This document shows, one piece after another, positions 46,917 to 55,480 of a stretch of 64,000 nucleotides of DNA. How positions within the stretch are numbered: the first letter of the stretch is position 1; every line of letters starts with the position of its first letter. This stretch comes from a virus. Taxonomy: Duplodnaviria; Caudoviricetes. The stretch covers positions 32,001 through 96,000 of IMG/VR virus record IMGVR_UViG_3300028591_000095. The stretch is one strand, 5' to 3'. A program made the position numbers and the translations under genes. The notes below the pieces were generated by a model, which saw nothing but the letters and a program-made list of their open reading frames with translations, ran no database searches and was not told the origin of the DNA.

Positions 46917-48785
46917 ATGGCTAGAGCATTAGGCGATTTGAGTCCTGCAGTTGGTGGTGATGGTGTTATCAACGAAGATGATCTTCAAGCATATCAGGAT
47001 GCCATTGATTTAAACAGAATCCATTCGCATTGGGATAACGTTGAAGACCCTGAAGATCCTGGTCATCGTATTAACAAAATCATTGACATCGATAATGGTG
47101 GTTTGTTAACAGATCAAGCTCGTGTTGCATCATTACACAGAACTGGATTTATATCCAATATCGATAAACTTCTGATTTCATCTTTTATTAATGATCCACA
47201 AGGTGAAACTCTTGAAGCACATATCAATGCTATAGATTCAAAGGAAGTTATTCCTGTACCGGATCCATCCGTTAAGACTCTTGAAGAACTCAGAAGAAAT
47301 ATCACTGATCATATTCAAGAACTTGTTATCTTCCAAGCTCAAGCATTTCTTGAATTGCAGAAGACGGGACCTTCAAGCTTACACGACGTTGAACAGAAGA
47401 TGCAACGTGTATGGGCTGATGCATATAAGTATGATTATGATACAGCAGCTCAGACTGATGCTAACATGGAAGCTGCATTAGAAGTTGATGGAAGCAAATA
47501 TCCTGAGGATGATGGACATAAGAAACTCCCACAGAACATCTATGGTCTCATCGATAGTATCATCAGAGCTCTTACAAAGGTTCAGCTTGATAATGTAATA
47601 TCAGAATATTGGAAACCTAGTGAGGCTCCTACAATATCAGATCCACCTACACCCGAGCAACAGACTAAAGTTATCGATCATATATGGAATGAAACAGGTG
47701 TCGAGAAAGGTCTTTCATTCTACAATGAATGGAAGGATGTTGAACCTTCACCAGAGCCAGGACCAGAACCGACTCCTACTACAGACTTGGTACCTCCAAT
47801 TCCAACAGCAGCAGCACTAACTGGAGATCTTGCTACATGGGTTTCTAATTCAGCAAATGCATCAGATCTTCAAGCAGTCATCGATGCTCAACATCCACAT
47901 CAGATTATTACATGTGCATTCAAATCTGGTGTTACAAATGCATCTACAACGAAATCTGTTGAACTTACATGTTGGCAATATTCATCTGGTACATGGGCAA
48001 AAGCTAAGGATAAAGATGGAAATGATATGGAATTTACCGAAGGCTGTTATGTAGGTGATGCTGGTATCTTCCCAGTATCAGAACTCAAAGAAGGAGATAA
48101 TGCTAAGAAAAATAGAACTCCAGCAGGTGCATTCCAGCTTGGTAACTATACAACCAATACAGACGAGGTTGGTGCATTTGGTATTGATACTGCTTGGGGA
48201 ACTGAAACACCTGACATGCACTATCGTGTTTTAAATGCTAATAATGTACACTGGATTGATCGTGATGGTTGGCTTGCTGGTTTGAAAAACTGGTACAACA
48301 TGTTTGCTAACTGTGATGGTCAACGTGCACTTATTCAGTATAAACGTTTCGATTGGGATACAGGAGTTTCAGGTGGTGTTGCTGATAAAGATGGTAATAA
48401 GTATTCAACTGCAAGTACGGAATTCAAGTATGGTCAGTTCTATACAGTTTCACCATTAGTAGATTCATCAGAATATAAAGAAAATCTGTATGAAGAAACT
48501 TCGAGTTATGGAAGTAAATATTCTTACAACCATGCAGTTGTTATCAGATTCAATATGCCACCACATGTAACTAGACCAGTATTGCCAAAAAACACAGATG
48601 AACAACAGCCAGCATATACATCTGATGGTATTGGTGCTGGATCGGCATACTTCTTACACACATCCAATGGTTCAAATACTGGAGGATGTGTATCTGCAAA
48701 CGATAACGATGTCGTGAAGATAATCAAGTGGTTGAAGCGTAATGATAACCCTTACATTCTCATCAGACTTCCCTCAGGATCATAA
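46917..48785 (+). CDS. Dockerin-like domain + L,D-transpeptidase (YkuD) family cell-wall enzyme
   Basis: N-terminal GDL..DGVINEDDL / ASLHRTGFISNIDKLLI duplicated dockerin-like loops; P/T linker; EGD..RTPAG.F..YNHAVVIRFN..GSAYFLH..TGGCVS (catalytic His/Cys). Confidence 0.7.
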   Translation: MARALGDLSPAVGGDGVINEDDLQAYQDAIDLNRIHSHWDNVEDPEDPGHRINKIIDIDNGGLLTDQARVASLHRTGFISNIDKLLISSFINDPQGETLEAHINAIDSKEVIPVPDPSVKTLEELRRNITDHIQELVIFQAQAFLELQKTGPSSLHDVEQKMQRVWADAYKYDYDTAAQTDANMEAALEVDGSKYPEDDGHKKLPQNIYGLIDSIIRALTKVQLDNVISEYWKPSEAPTISDPPTPEQQTKVIDHIWNETGVEKGLSFYNEWKDVEPSPEPGPEPTPTTDLVPPIPTAAALTGDLATWVSNSANASDLQAVIDAQHPHQIITCAFKSGVTNASTTKSVELTCWQYSSGTWAKAKDKDGNDMEFTEGCYVGDAGIFPVSELKEGDNAKKNRTPAGAFQLGNYTTNTDEVGAFGIDTAWGTETPDMHYRVLNANNVHWIDRDGWLAGLKNWYNMFANCDGQRALIQYKRFDWDTGVSGGVADKDGNKYSTASTEFKYGQFYTVSPLVDSSEYKENLYEETSSYGSKYSYNHAVVIRFNMPPHVTRPVLPKNTDEQQPAYTSDGIGAGSAYFLHTSNGSNTGGCVSANDNDVVKIIKWLKRNDNPYILIRLPSGS

Positions 48786-48803
48786 TGAAAGGAGTTGAAT
48801 ATT

Positions 48804-49289
48804 ATGGCTAGAATATTTGGTGATTTCAATGACGATGGTACCGTAGATGCAAGAGATTCATCTGCTATCGGTGGTTATGTCACAACTCTTAAGAAATGTG
48901 GAACTCCTGAATCTATACCAACTCAAGAGGATATTGATGCTGGTGATGTTTTGAGATTTGGTAAACTCAATATGTATGATTCGAAAGCTATATTGACAGT
49001 ATACGCAATTGACAGTACACTAGAAAGAGATTGGGTTTGTCCAAAAACAGAACCATCTAACTGGGCTACAGCATATAAGAAGTTTTATTACACTGATCCA
49101 CAGACTCAAGAGAGAAAACCTATGAGTGCAATGACACAGTGTCCTTCATTCGATCCTGGTGGAACTGGTTATATCGGTCCATATTGGATCCATGGAAACT
49201 TTGCAGCTAATGTATTTCCTAAGAAACATAATGAGGAACATGATATTGATTACATCGATATCAGTAACTACATATCTGATTTACCATAA
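48804..49289 (+). CDS. Ruminococcus-type dockerin protein
   Basis: GDFNDDGTVDARDSSAI..PTQEDIDAGDVLRFGKLNMYDSKAILTVYAIDST fits the GDxNxDGxVDAxDASxIL..YA..ST dockerin pattern; C-terminal TEPSNWATAYKKFYY module. Confidence 0.7.
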   Translation: MARIFGDFNDDGTVDARDSSAIGGYVTTLKKCGTPESIPTQEDIDAGDVLRFGKLNMYDSKAILTVYAIDSTLERDWVCPKTEPSNWATAYKKFYYTDPQTQERKPMSAMTQCPSFDPGGTGYIGPYWIHGNFAANVFPKKHNEEHDIDYIDISNYISDLP

Positions 49290-49374
49290 CTCACAAGTAA
49301 TCTCATTAGCTAGACTTCCAATATAGGTAGCCGTTGGAACCTCCTTTGAAAACTAATGGGATTTTAAAATATAT

Positions 49375-49396
49375 ACACCCCGGTTTCCCGGGGTGT
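49375..49396 (+). terminator. Intrinsic terminator
   Basis: ACACCCCGG-TTTC-CCGGGGTGT followed by a T-tract. Confidence 0.8.
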
Positions 49397-49413
49397 TTTA
49401 TTTTCTCTTTTTG

Positions 49414-49432
49414 TATTTATATCATTATGGTG
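49414..49432 (+). promoter_or_regulatory. Putative early promoter, copy 5
   Basis: TATTTATATCATTATGGTG. Confidence 0.65.
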
Positions 49433-49480
49433 TACGAAGGAACTCATTTGTACAAAAATTTATCTAGGAGGTTAATCATT

Positions 49481-50161
49481 ATGGGTGTACAGAATGACAG
49501 TAATTTTGAAGGAAGCGTATTTGAGAAATCATTGAACTTTCATAACAAGGATAAGAGTATCGATGACAAACTCAAGGAGCTTCCTAAGTCTGATGGTGCA
49601 TGGCAAAAATGTATCGATGATAACATCGTACCAACTAACCCAGTATATACTGGTGAAGCTAAGGAGGAACCAAAGACTGTTAAGAGACCATCAAAACCTG
49701 AATATTATCTCAACATTGCATCAGTGGTTGCAACACGTTCTACATGTATACGTAGAAAGTTCGGTGCTGTAATAGTAAAGGATGATACAATCATATCAAC
49801 CGGATATGCAGGAGCTCCTCGTGGTCGTGAGAATTGTTGTTCCAGAGGAGAATGTTTCAGAATGGAAAACAATATCCCAGCTGGTACAAGATATGAAGTA
49901 TGTAGATCTGTACATGCTGAAATGAATGCAATCATCAACGCTGATCCTATAAAACGTAAAGGTGCCACAATGTATCTTGTGGGTCTTGAGAATGATGGTT
50001 CATATACAGAAGCAGATTGTTGTTCAATGTGTAAGAGAATGGTAATCAATTCTGGAATAACAAAGATGGTATTCCGTACAAAGGACAAAGGTGTTAGAAC
50101 AGTGGTTGTTAATGAATGGATTGCAAATGATGATTCATTAACTATACATGAGGGATATTGA
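49481..50161 (+). CDS. dCMP deaminase (ComEB-like) with N-terminal extension
   Basis: RSTCIRRKFGAVIVKD..STGY.GAPRG, HAEMNAII and CSMCKR Zn ligands; start at ATG 49481 (RBS AGGAGGT). Confidence 0.88.
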   Translation: MGVQNDSNFEGSVFEKSLNFHNKDKSIDDKLKELPKSDGAWQKCIDDNIVPTNPVYTGEAKEEPKTVKRPSKPEYYLNIASVVATRSTCIRRKFGAVIVKDDTIISTGYAGAPRGRENCCSRGECFRMENNIPAGTRYEVCRSVHAEMNAIINADPIKRKGATMYLVGLENDGSYTEADCCSMCKRMVINSGITKMVFRTKDKGVRTVVVNEWIANDDSLTIHEGY

Positions 50162-50162
50162 T

Positions 50163-52193
50163 ATGAATGAATTTGAAAAGTATTTGAAAGAACATCACAT
50201 TGAAAGTATCGGAACTCCTCCTCCGGATTTACGTAAAGTATTTCCGGAAGGAGCAATGATGTTCAATGTAACATATCGAAGACATCCTGAAGAATTTGAA
50301 GTTGTGTATCTTGATCCAGCGACTAATCGGTTAGAGGTTGCATACATTCCTGCAATTGTAGATATCTGGTTTACTAAACCCGAATTCAGATATACAATGA
50401 AGGATTCATGTATTGAGCCATACTTCAAAGACAAGATGAGATATCAACACAAGGATGATGATGCATATCAGATACCACAGATAGAACTTGATAAAACTTA
50501 TCGAGTTTGGTGTAAAGTATCTCAGATTCCAAAGATGATATATCAGCACGCTGGTAAAGCAAAGATGTATTCTGAAGATGGCTCACATCTGATAGATACA
50601 ACATATGCTGAATTCTATGAAGAGAATATGGGATCTGCATATACATTCGGAACCTTCACCAAACGAATGTGCCAGAATCCATGGTCATTTAAGTGTGACT
50701 TCCAACCAGATGTATACTTCAGAGATCGTTGGGTTCATGAATTCGGTGATGTTTGTGATACATCAAAAGTCACAGCAGCATTTCTTGATATTGAGATTGA
50801 TGTTCTTGATGTTAATATAAATCTTAAGAATCCAAAGGATAACCGAGCTCATGTATCAATGGTAACATCAATATTCCCTAAGGATAAAATGGTGTATGTT
50901 GATATACTTGAACCTAGACCATTAAATGACTTTGCTCAACATCTACATGAGAAAGTGATCCCATTACGTAATAAGATGGTCAAAGAATATGAATGGATTA
51001 AATCTCATCAGAAAGAATTCATTGATATGATTCTCGGTCATGAATCTACATCCAATTGTCCAGTACGTATTGATGAAGACATGGAGAATCTCAAATATCT
51101 TCAGGGGTATACTGTAAACCTTGGATTGTTTGAACAGCGTGAAGGTAGACCATTCATTGAAGCTGAAGCTCGATTGATAGATAACGTGTTTGCACATGTA
51201 AATCTTCATAGACCAATGTTCATGTTTGCATGGAATGCTCCGTTCGATATCAATTATCTTCCAAACCGATTACAATATATTGGTTATGACCCGGGTAGTT
51301 CAGTTGTACCAGAAAACTTCAAATCGAAAGAGATTAGATATGAACCCGATAAAACAAATAACTTCTCAATGAAGAACAGTCGTGACTGGTTCTATATAGC
51401 ATCTTATACACAATACTTATGTCAGGAACGTCTGTATGCTGGAATAAGAAAGTCTCAGTCTGAAGAACCTTCATATCAGTTGACTGCTATAGGTAAGAAG
51501 GTGGCAAAGATTGAGAAGTTGACTGATACTAAATCCGGTAAATTCTCCGAGTTCTTATACACAGACTTCATCAAGTTCGTATTGTATAACGTTCGTGACG
51601 TTGTTATTCAACTTGCAATAGAAACCAAAGTAAGTGATGCGAAAACGTTGTACGCTCGATCATATGACTTCGTTACAGCATTCTCAAAATGTTTCCAAGA
51701 AACACATATCGTAAGAAACTCAAAAGCAAATCTGTATGAAGTATTTGGATATGTAATGGCTAACAAAGTTGTCGTCGATAAAACTATCGATGGTGCTTTC
51801 CAGGGAGCTTATGTTGCTGATCCATTAAAGAACTCAGTAACAATGGTCATGTCTGGTCGTGGAATGAACTGTATCATTTACGGCTCTGCAGATTTGGATG
51901 CTACAGCAATGTACCCATCTCAGAAGATGGCATATAATCTTGGTAAGATGACACTTATCTACAAATGTAGAATTGATAATAACCTTTTCCGAAATAAGGT
52001 TTGCAGGAACTTATCATACAACCAGAAATATACGTGGAAAGATTCTGACAAGAATGAACATGAAACTGATTTGTCTGGTCCATTATTCAACTCATTTAAA
52101 AATCACAATGTATGTTCATTGATGCATAATTGGTTTAATGCACCTACTGTAACTGAACTCATTGCTCATACACATAAAGTGTTAACATATTAA
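50163..52193 (+). CDS. Family B DNA polymerase, N-terminal (3'-5' exonuclease + motif A) part of a split enzyme
   Basis: FLDIEID (ExoI), AWNAPFD (ExoII), YNVRDV (ExoIII) and DLDATAMYPS (motif A); motifs B and C are absent. Confidence 0.82.
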   Translation: MNEFEKYLKEHHIESIGTPPPDLRKVFPEGAMMFNVTYRRHPEEFEVVYLDPATNRLEVAYIPAIVDIWFTKPEFRYTMKDSCIEPYFKDKMRYQHKDDDAYQIPQIELDKTYRVWCKVSQIPKMIYQHAGKAKMYSEDGSHLIDTTYAEFYEENMGSAYTFGTFTKRMCQNPWSFKCDFQPDVYFRDRWVHEFGDVCDTSKVTAAFLDIEIDVLDVNINLKNPKDNRAHVSMVTSIFPKDKMVYVDILEPRPLNDFAQHLHEKVIPLRNKMVKEYEWIKSHQKEFIDMILGHESTSNCPVRIDEDMENLKYLQGYTVNLGLFEQREGRPFIEAEARLIDNVFAHVNLHRPMFMFAWNAPFDINYLPNRLQYIGYDPGSSVVPENFKSKEIRYEPDKTNNFSMKNSRDWFYIASYTQYLCQERLYAGIRKSQSEEPSYQLTAIGKKVAKIEKLTDTKSGKFSEFLYTDFIKFVLYNVRDVVIQLAIETKVSDAKTLYARSYDFVTAFSKCFQETHIVRNSKANLYEVFGYVMANKVVVDKTIDGAFQGAYVADPLKNSVTMVMSGRGMNCIIYGSADLDATAMYPSQKMAYNLGKMTLIYKCRIDNNLFRNKVCRNLSYNQKYTWKDSDKNEHETDLSGPLFNSFKNHNVCSLMHNWFNAPTVTELIAHTHKVLTY

Positions 52194-52199
52194 TGTTGT

Positions 52200-52223
52200 G
52201 GATGGCGGGAATTCCCGCCATCC
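52200..52223 (+). terminator. Palindromic hairpin/terminator
   Basis: GGATGGCGGGAATTCCCGCCATCC. Confidence 0.7.
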
Positions 52224-52246
52224 ATGATAATTCAATTGTATAAAAC

Positions 52247-52260
52247 AACAACCTTATAGC
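52247..52260 (+). promoter_or_regulatory. Putative non-early promoter AACA-N6-TAG
   Basis: Matches the AR9-type late consensus; lies between the terminator and the topoisomerase RBS. Confidence 0.4.
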
Positions 52261-52287
52261 TTTTTAAATATAGGAGGTCGTGATGAA

Positions 52288-54603
52288 TTGAAACCTAATG
52301 AATTGTATACTCCAATCAAAGATGAAGAATTTGGAAACCCAAATATGACTCGAGCTGATTTAGGATCATTAGCATCAAGATATTATTGTCTGTACGGTGT
52401 CAATGTAAATATGGCAAGAGCAATTCCGTCAAATGTTGATGGATTGAAACCGATTCACAGAAGAATCTTATATACCATATATGATAGATATGGTAGAGAT
52501 CAGTTTACTGTTGGATCTGCTATCGGTGATGTAATGCATCTTTCGCCCCATGGCGACCAAATGGGTGATGTATTCGCTGGATTAGCACAGGACTTTGGAA
52601 ACAACATTCCATTGATAGATTCATCGGATGGTGGTAATGCGGGTAATGCTGTTAATGGTAGTGACGCTGCATCTCCAAGATATCTTCAAATGAGATTGTC
52701 GAAGTTTGCTGTAGATGTGTTGTTTAAGGAATTCGATAGAAAGGTGAATATGATTCCATCATATGATGGTAAGACAGTTGAGCCAGTAACATTACCAGCA
52801 AGAATTCCTCTGATTCTGCTGAATGGTTCTCTGGGAATAGGTCTTGGATTCTCTACAACAATCCCACCATATAATCTCAATGAAGTAATCAATGCTACTA
52901 TCAAGCTGATAAAGAATCCGGATGCTAAGATAAGATTGGTACCTGATTCACCAACTGGATGTGATGTAATAATCATTGATGATAATCATTTCATATTCCA
53001 GTCATCATTCGAGATAAACAATCGTAATTATGAAATCACTTTCAAGAATACTCCATATGGAGAGTTCCTTGATAACATCAGAGAACGTCTGAATGAAATC
53101 CAGGATTCAACTAATCCGATACCAGAAATCTTGACAGCTGATGATGAGTCTCAATTGCTTGAAGGTGAAGTTCGTTATGTTGTAAGATGTAAACCATGTA
53201 ATCTGTATCAGGTATTGAATAAGTTGTTCAAGCGTGTTGCAGGTTTCCGTAGTGGTATTGCAACCACAAACATGCAGGTCATTGAACCTAACTTCAAGAT
53301 GGAAGCTTATAGTGTAAAGCAGATACTGATATCATGGATCAACAATCGTATCATGGAGAAGCGTACATGGCTTCAGAGAGAACTTATTGCACAGACTCAG
53401 AAGTTCAATCAGAACGTTGGTAAAGCATTCATGTTATCACCAAAGAATCTGAATACTACTATCAAGATATGTCGTGACGCTGATAGTGAAGAAGATGCTA
53501 TACAGAAACTTGTTAAACATTATGCTGGTAAGGTATCATCATCTCAAGCCAAGCTTGTAGTTGATATTCCTTTACATAAATTATCACTCAAACGATATGA
53601 GGAGACAGTTAAGATCATTGAGGAAATCAAGGTCGAGATTGAAAGACTCCGAAATATCATCAGCAATCCAGAGAATATCAAAGATGAAATCATCAAAGAT
53701 ATGAATGAAATCAAGAGTGAATACGGTTACAGTAGAAGAAGTACAATTCTGAATACTGGAGAGAAAGAAGTCGTAAACATCGGTGTTGTACAGACATTGG
53801 TAGACGGATCCGTGATATTCTCGGAGACTGAAAACCCACAGCATTTATCTTCAGATGTGATTCCTATTAATGGTAATGACGTTTGTTTGATCGATGACAA
53901 AGCCGGTTACATTTGGGCAGATACAACCAAGGTGCCACATGATAAACCTGTAACAATGACCTCTATTGGTCGTGGTGGTGCAATGAGTCGATGTATCGTA
54001 GCCGTTTCGAATCAGTCAAACAACATAATCCTATTATCGAACAAGGGAAGGATTAAGTACATGCCAGTATCCAGAATACCATCTAACACAGCAAGAAAGC
54101 CATTGGTTAAGCTTGATGAAGATGAACACTTGGTATCCGTTTTAGAAGTACCAGATAACACATTGTCAGATATATTGATATATACGAATGATGGTAATGG
54201 TAAACGTATACAGACAACGGACTTGAACAAAGTATTATCAGTAGATGCAAACGGACAGTTCATTATGAGTGGTTTTGATGTAGCTGGAATGTTCTGTGTT
54301 AATTCAAACAAACCGTTCCTGGCATATGTAACAAAGCTTGGAAGAATCAGAATCAACCATTCGAAGTTCTTGACAGCAACTAAGAAGTTTGGCGAATGCA
54401 AGCCAATAATCAAGCTGTCTCCTCAGGATGATTTAGCAGCCGTGTTCTGTGTTGACAAGGATCAGAAACTCATATTACATCATGCGGACAGCAGGGTGTC
54501 AACTGTCAACATAGAATCCTTACCAGTATTGACAATGGCAGCTCCACCGGAACGTCCTAAACATGTGCCAGGCGTTAAAGTTTTACGTGTGACATTACAA
54601 TAG
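52288..54603 (+). CDS. gyrA: Type IIA topoisomerase subunit A (GyrA/ParC-like)
   Basis: RAIP..DGLKPIHRRILY, PHGD, AASPRY catalytic Tyr, EPVTLPARIP, IPPYNL; C-terminal pinwheel-like repeats; TTG start. Confidence 0.88.
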   Translation: MKPNELYTPIKDEEFGNPNMTRADLGSLASRYYCLYGVNVNMARAIPSNVDGLKPIHRRILYTIYDRYGRDQFTVGSAIGDVMHLSPHGDQMGDVFAGLAQDFGNNIPLIDSSDGGNAGNAVNGSDAASPRYLQMRLSKFAVDVLFKEFDRKVNMIPSYDGKTVEPVTLPARIPLILLNGSLGIGLGFSTTIPPYNLNEVINATIKLIKNPDAKIRLVPDSPTGCDVIIIDDNHFIFQSSFEINNRNYEITFKNTPYGEFLDNIRERLNEIQDSTNPIPEILTADDESQLLEGEVRYVVRCKPCNLYQVLNKLFKRVAGFRSGIATTNMQVIEPNFKMEAYSVKQILISWINNRIMEKRTWLQRELIAQTQKFNQNVGKAFMLSPKNLNTTIKICRDADSEEDAIQKLVKHYAGKVSSSQAKLVVDIPLHKLSLKRYEETVKIIEEIKVEIERLRNIISNPENIKDEIIKDMNEIKSEYGYSRRSTILNTGEKEVVNIGVVQTLVDGSVIFSETENPQHLSSDVIPINGNDVCLIDDKAGYIWADTTKVPHDKPVTMTSIGRGGAMSRCIVAVSNQSNNIILLSNKGRIKYMPVSRIPSNTARKPLVKLDEDEHLVSVLEVPDNTLSDILIYTNDGNGKRIQTTDLNKVLSVDANGQFIMSGFDVAGMFCVNSNKPFLAYVTKLGRIRINHSKFLTATKKFGECKPIIKLSPQDDLAAVFCVDKDQKLILHHADSRVSTVNIESLPVLTMAAPPERPKHVPGVKVLRVTLQ

Positions 54604-54608
54604 TTTAT

Positions 54609-54631
54609 AATGGGGGGATCTTCTCCCCATT
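54609..54631 (+). terminator. Intrinsic terminator
   Basis: AATGGGGGGA-TCT-TCTCCCCATT. Confidence 0.6.
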
Positions 54632-54659
54632 CATTTTATAAAGAAGGAAGGAATGTATC

Positions 54660-54875
54660 ATGAATATTTTTAAAAAGAAAGAACAGCCCTCAAACAACAC
54701 AATCTCTACGGAAGGAGAAAACAAACAGTTGACATTGTTTTCATATCTGATATACAATCGTGCTGAGAATAAGTTCACTGGAAGTATTAAGCTTACAGAA
54801 GACCAAGCTCAGGAATTGAATATGCAGATGAAGTATAACGATGTCGACAACAACATATCTTTTGTCAGGAGTTGA
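54660..54875 (+). CDS. Hypothetical protein
   Basis: RBS AAGGAAGGA. Confidence 0.55.
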   Translation: MNIFKKKEQPSNNTISTEGENKQLTLFSYLIYNRAENKFTGSIKLTEDQAQELNMQMKYNDVDNNISFVRS

Positions 54876-54879
54876 TATT

Positions 54880-55134
54880 ATGAAACAAGCTATCATTGAT
54901 ATGGGGAAGAAGTATAATGTGACAGCGTTTGAATATAATGACAACATTGATGAGCGTAGTAATCTGAGAAGTCTCGTACATCTGTTATTTGTAATGAATC
55001 GTGATGACGATCTTGGAAGATATTCATTCGGTACAATAGATGGAAAACTCTCAGAAGAACAGATCGAAGATATACAGAAGATAGATATGGGGATAATGAT
55101 TCATAAAGACCTTGTTAATCATGTGATGAAATAA
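54880..55134 (+). CDS. Hypothetical protein (paralog of 55148..55453)
   Basis: KKYNV..LSEEQIEDIQKIDM shared with the next ORF; start revised to ATG 54880. Confidence 0.6.
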   Translation: MKQAIIDMGKKYNVTAFEYNDNIDERSNLRSLVHLLFVMNRDDDLGRYSFGTIDGKLSEEQIEDIQKIDMGIMIHKDLVNHVMK

Positions 55135-55147
55135 CAAAATAAATGGA

Positions 55148-55453
55148 ATGGAATTGATTAGTATGGATGAAAAGAGATCAAGTCGTCTCATAGGCAAACT
55201 GACGACAATTGCAATGCTCGCAAAGAAATATAATGTAGTGTATACACCACTCGATGATTACATGAGTACACTCTCACATGTAATCAAACTCATAAACCAA
55301 CGTAATCTGTATTTGGGAGGAGAATCAAAATGTGTAATAGTTTATTTTCCTTTAGCATACAAAATTCGACCACTTACAGTATTACTCACAGATGAACAGA
55401 TTCATGATATAAAGAAGATTGATATGTGCATTTCTATTGAAGAAAAGAGTTGA
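55148..55453 (+). CDS. Hypothetical protein (paralog of 54880..55134)
   Basis: KKYNV..LTDEQIHDIKKIDM. Confidence 0.55.
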   Translation: MELISMDEKRSSRLIGKLTTIAMLAKKYNVVYTPLDDYMSTLSHVIKLINQRNLYLGGESKCVIVYFPLAYKIRPLTVLLTDEQIHDIKKIDMCISIEEKS

Positions 55454-55480
55454 TGTAATATTAAATTCAAAATAATAATT

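Noticed and set aside
50163-52193. Pseudogene call for the truncated DNA polymerase
   Set aside because: Clean stop and terminator with intact motifs; split PolB is normal in this phage group.
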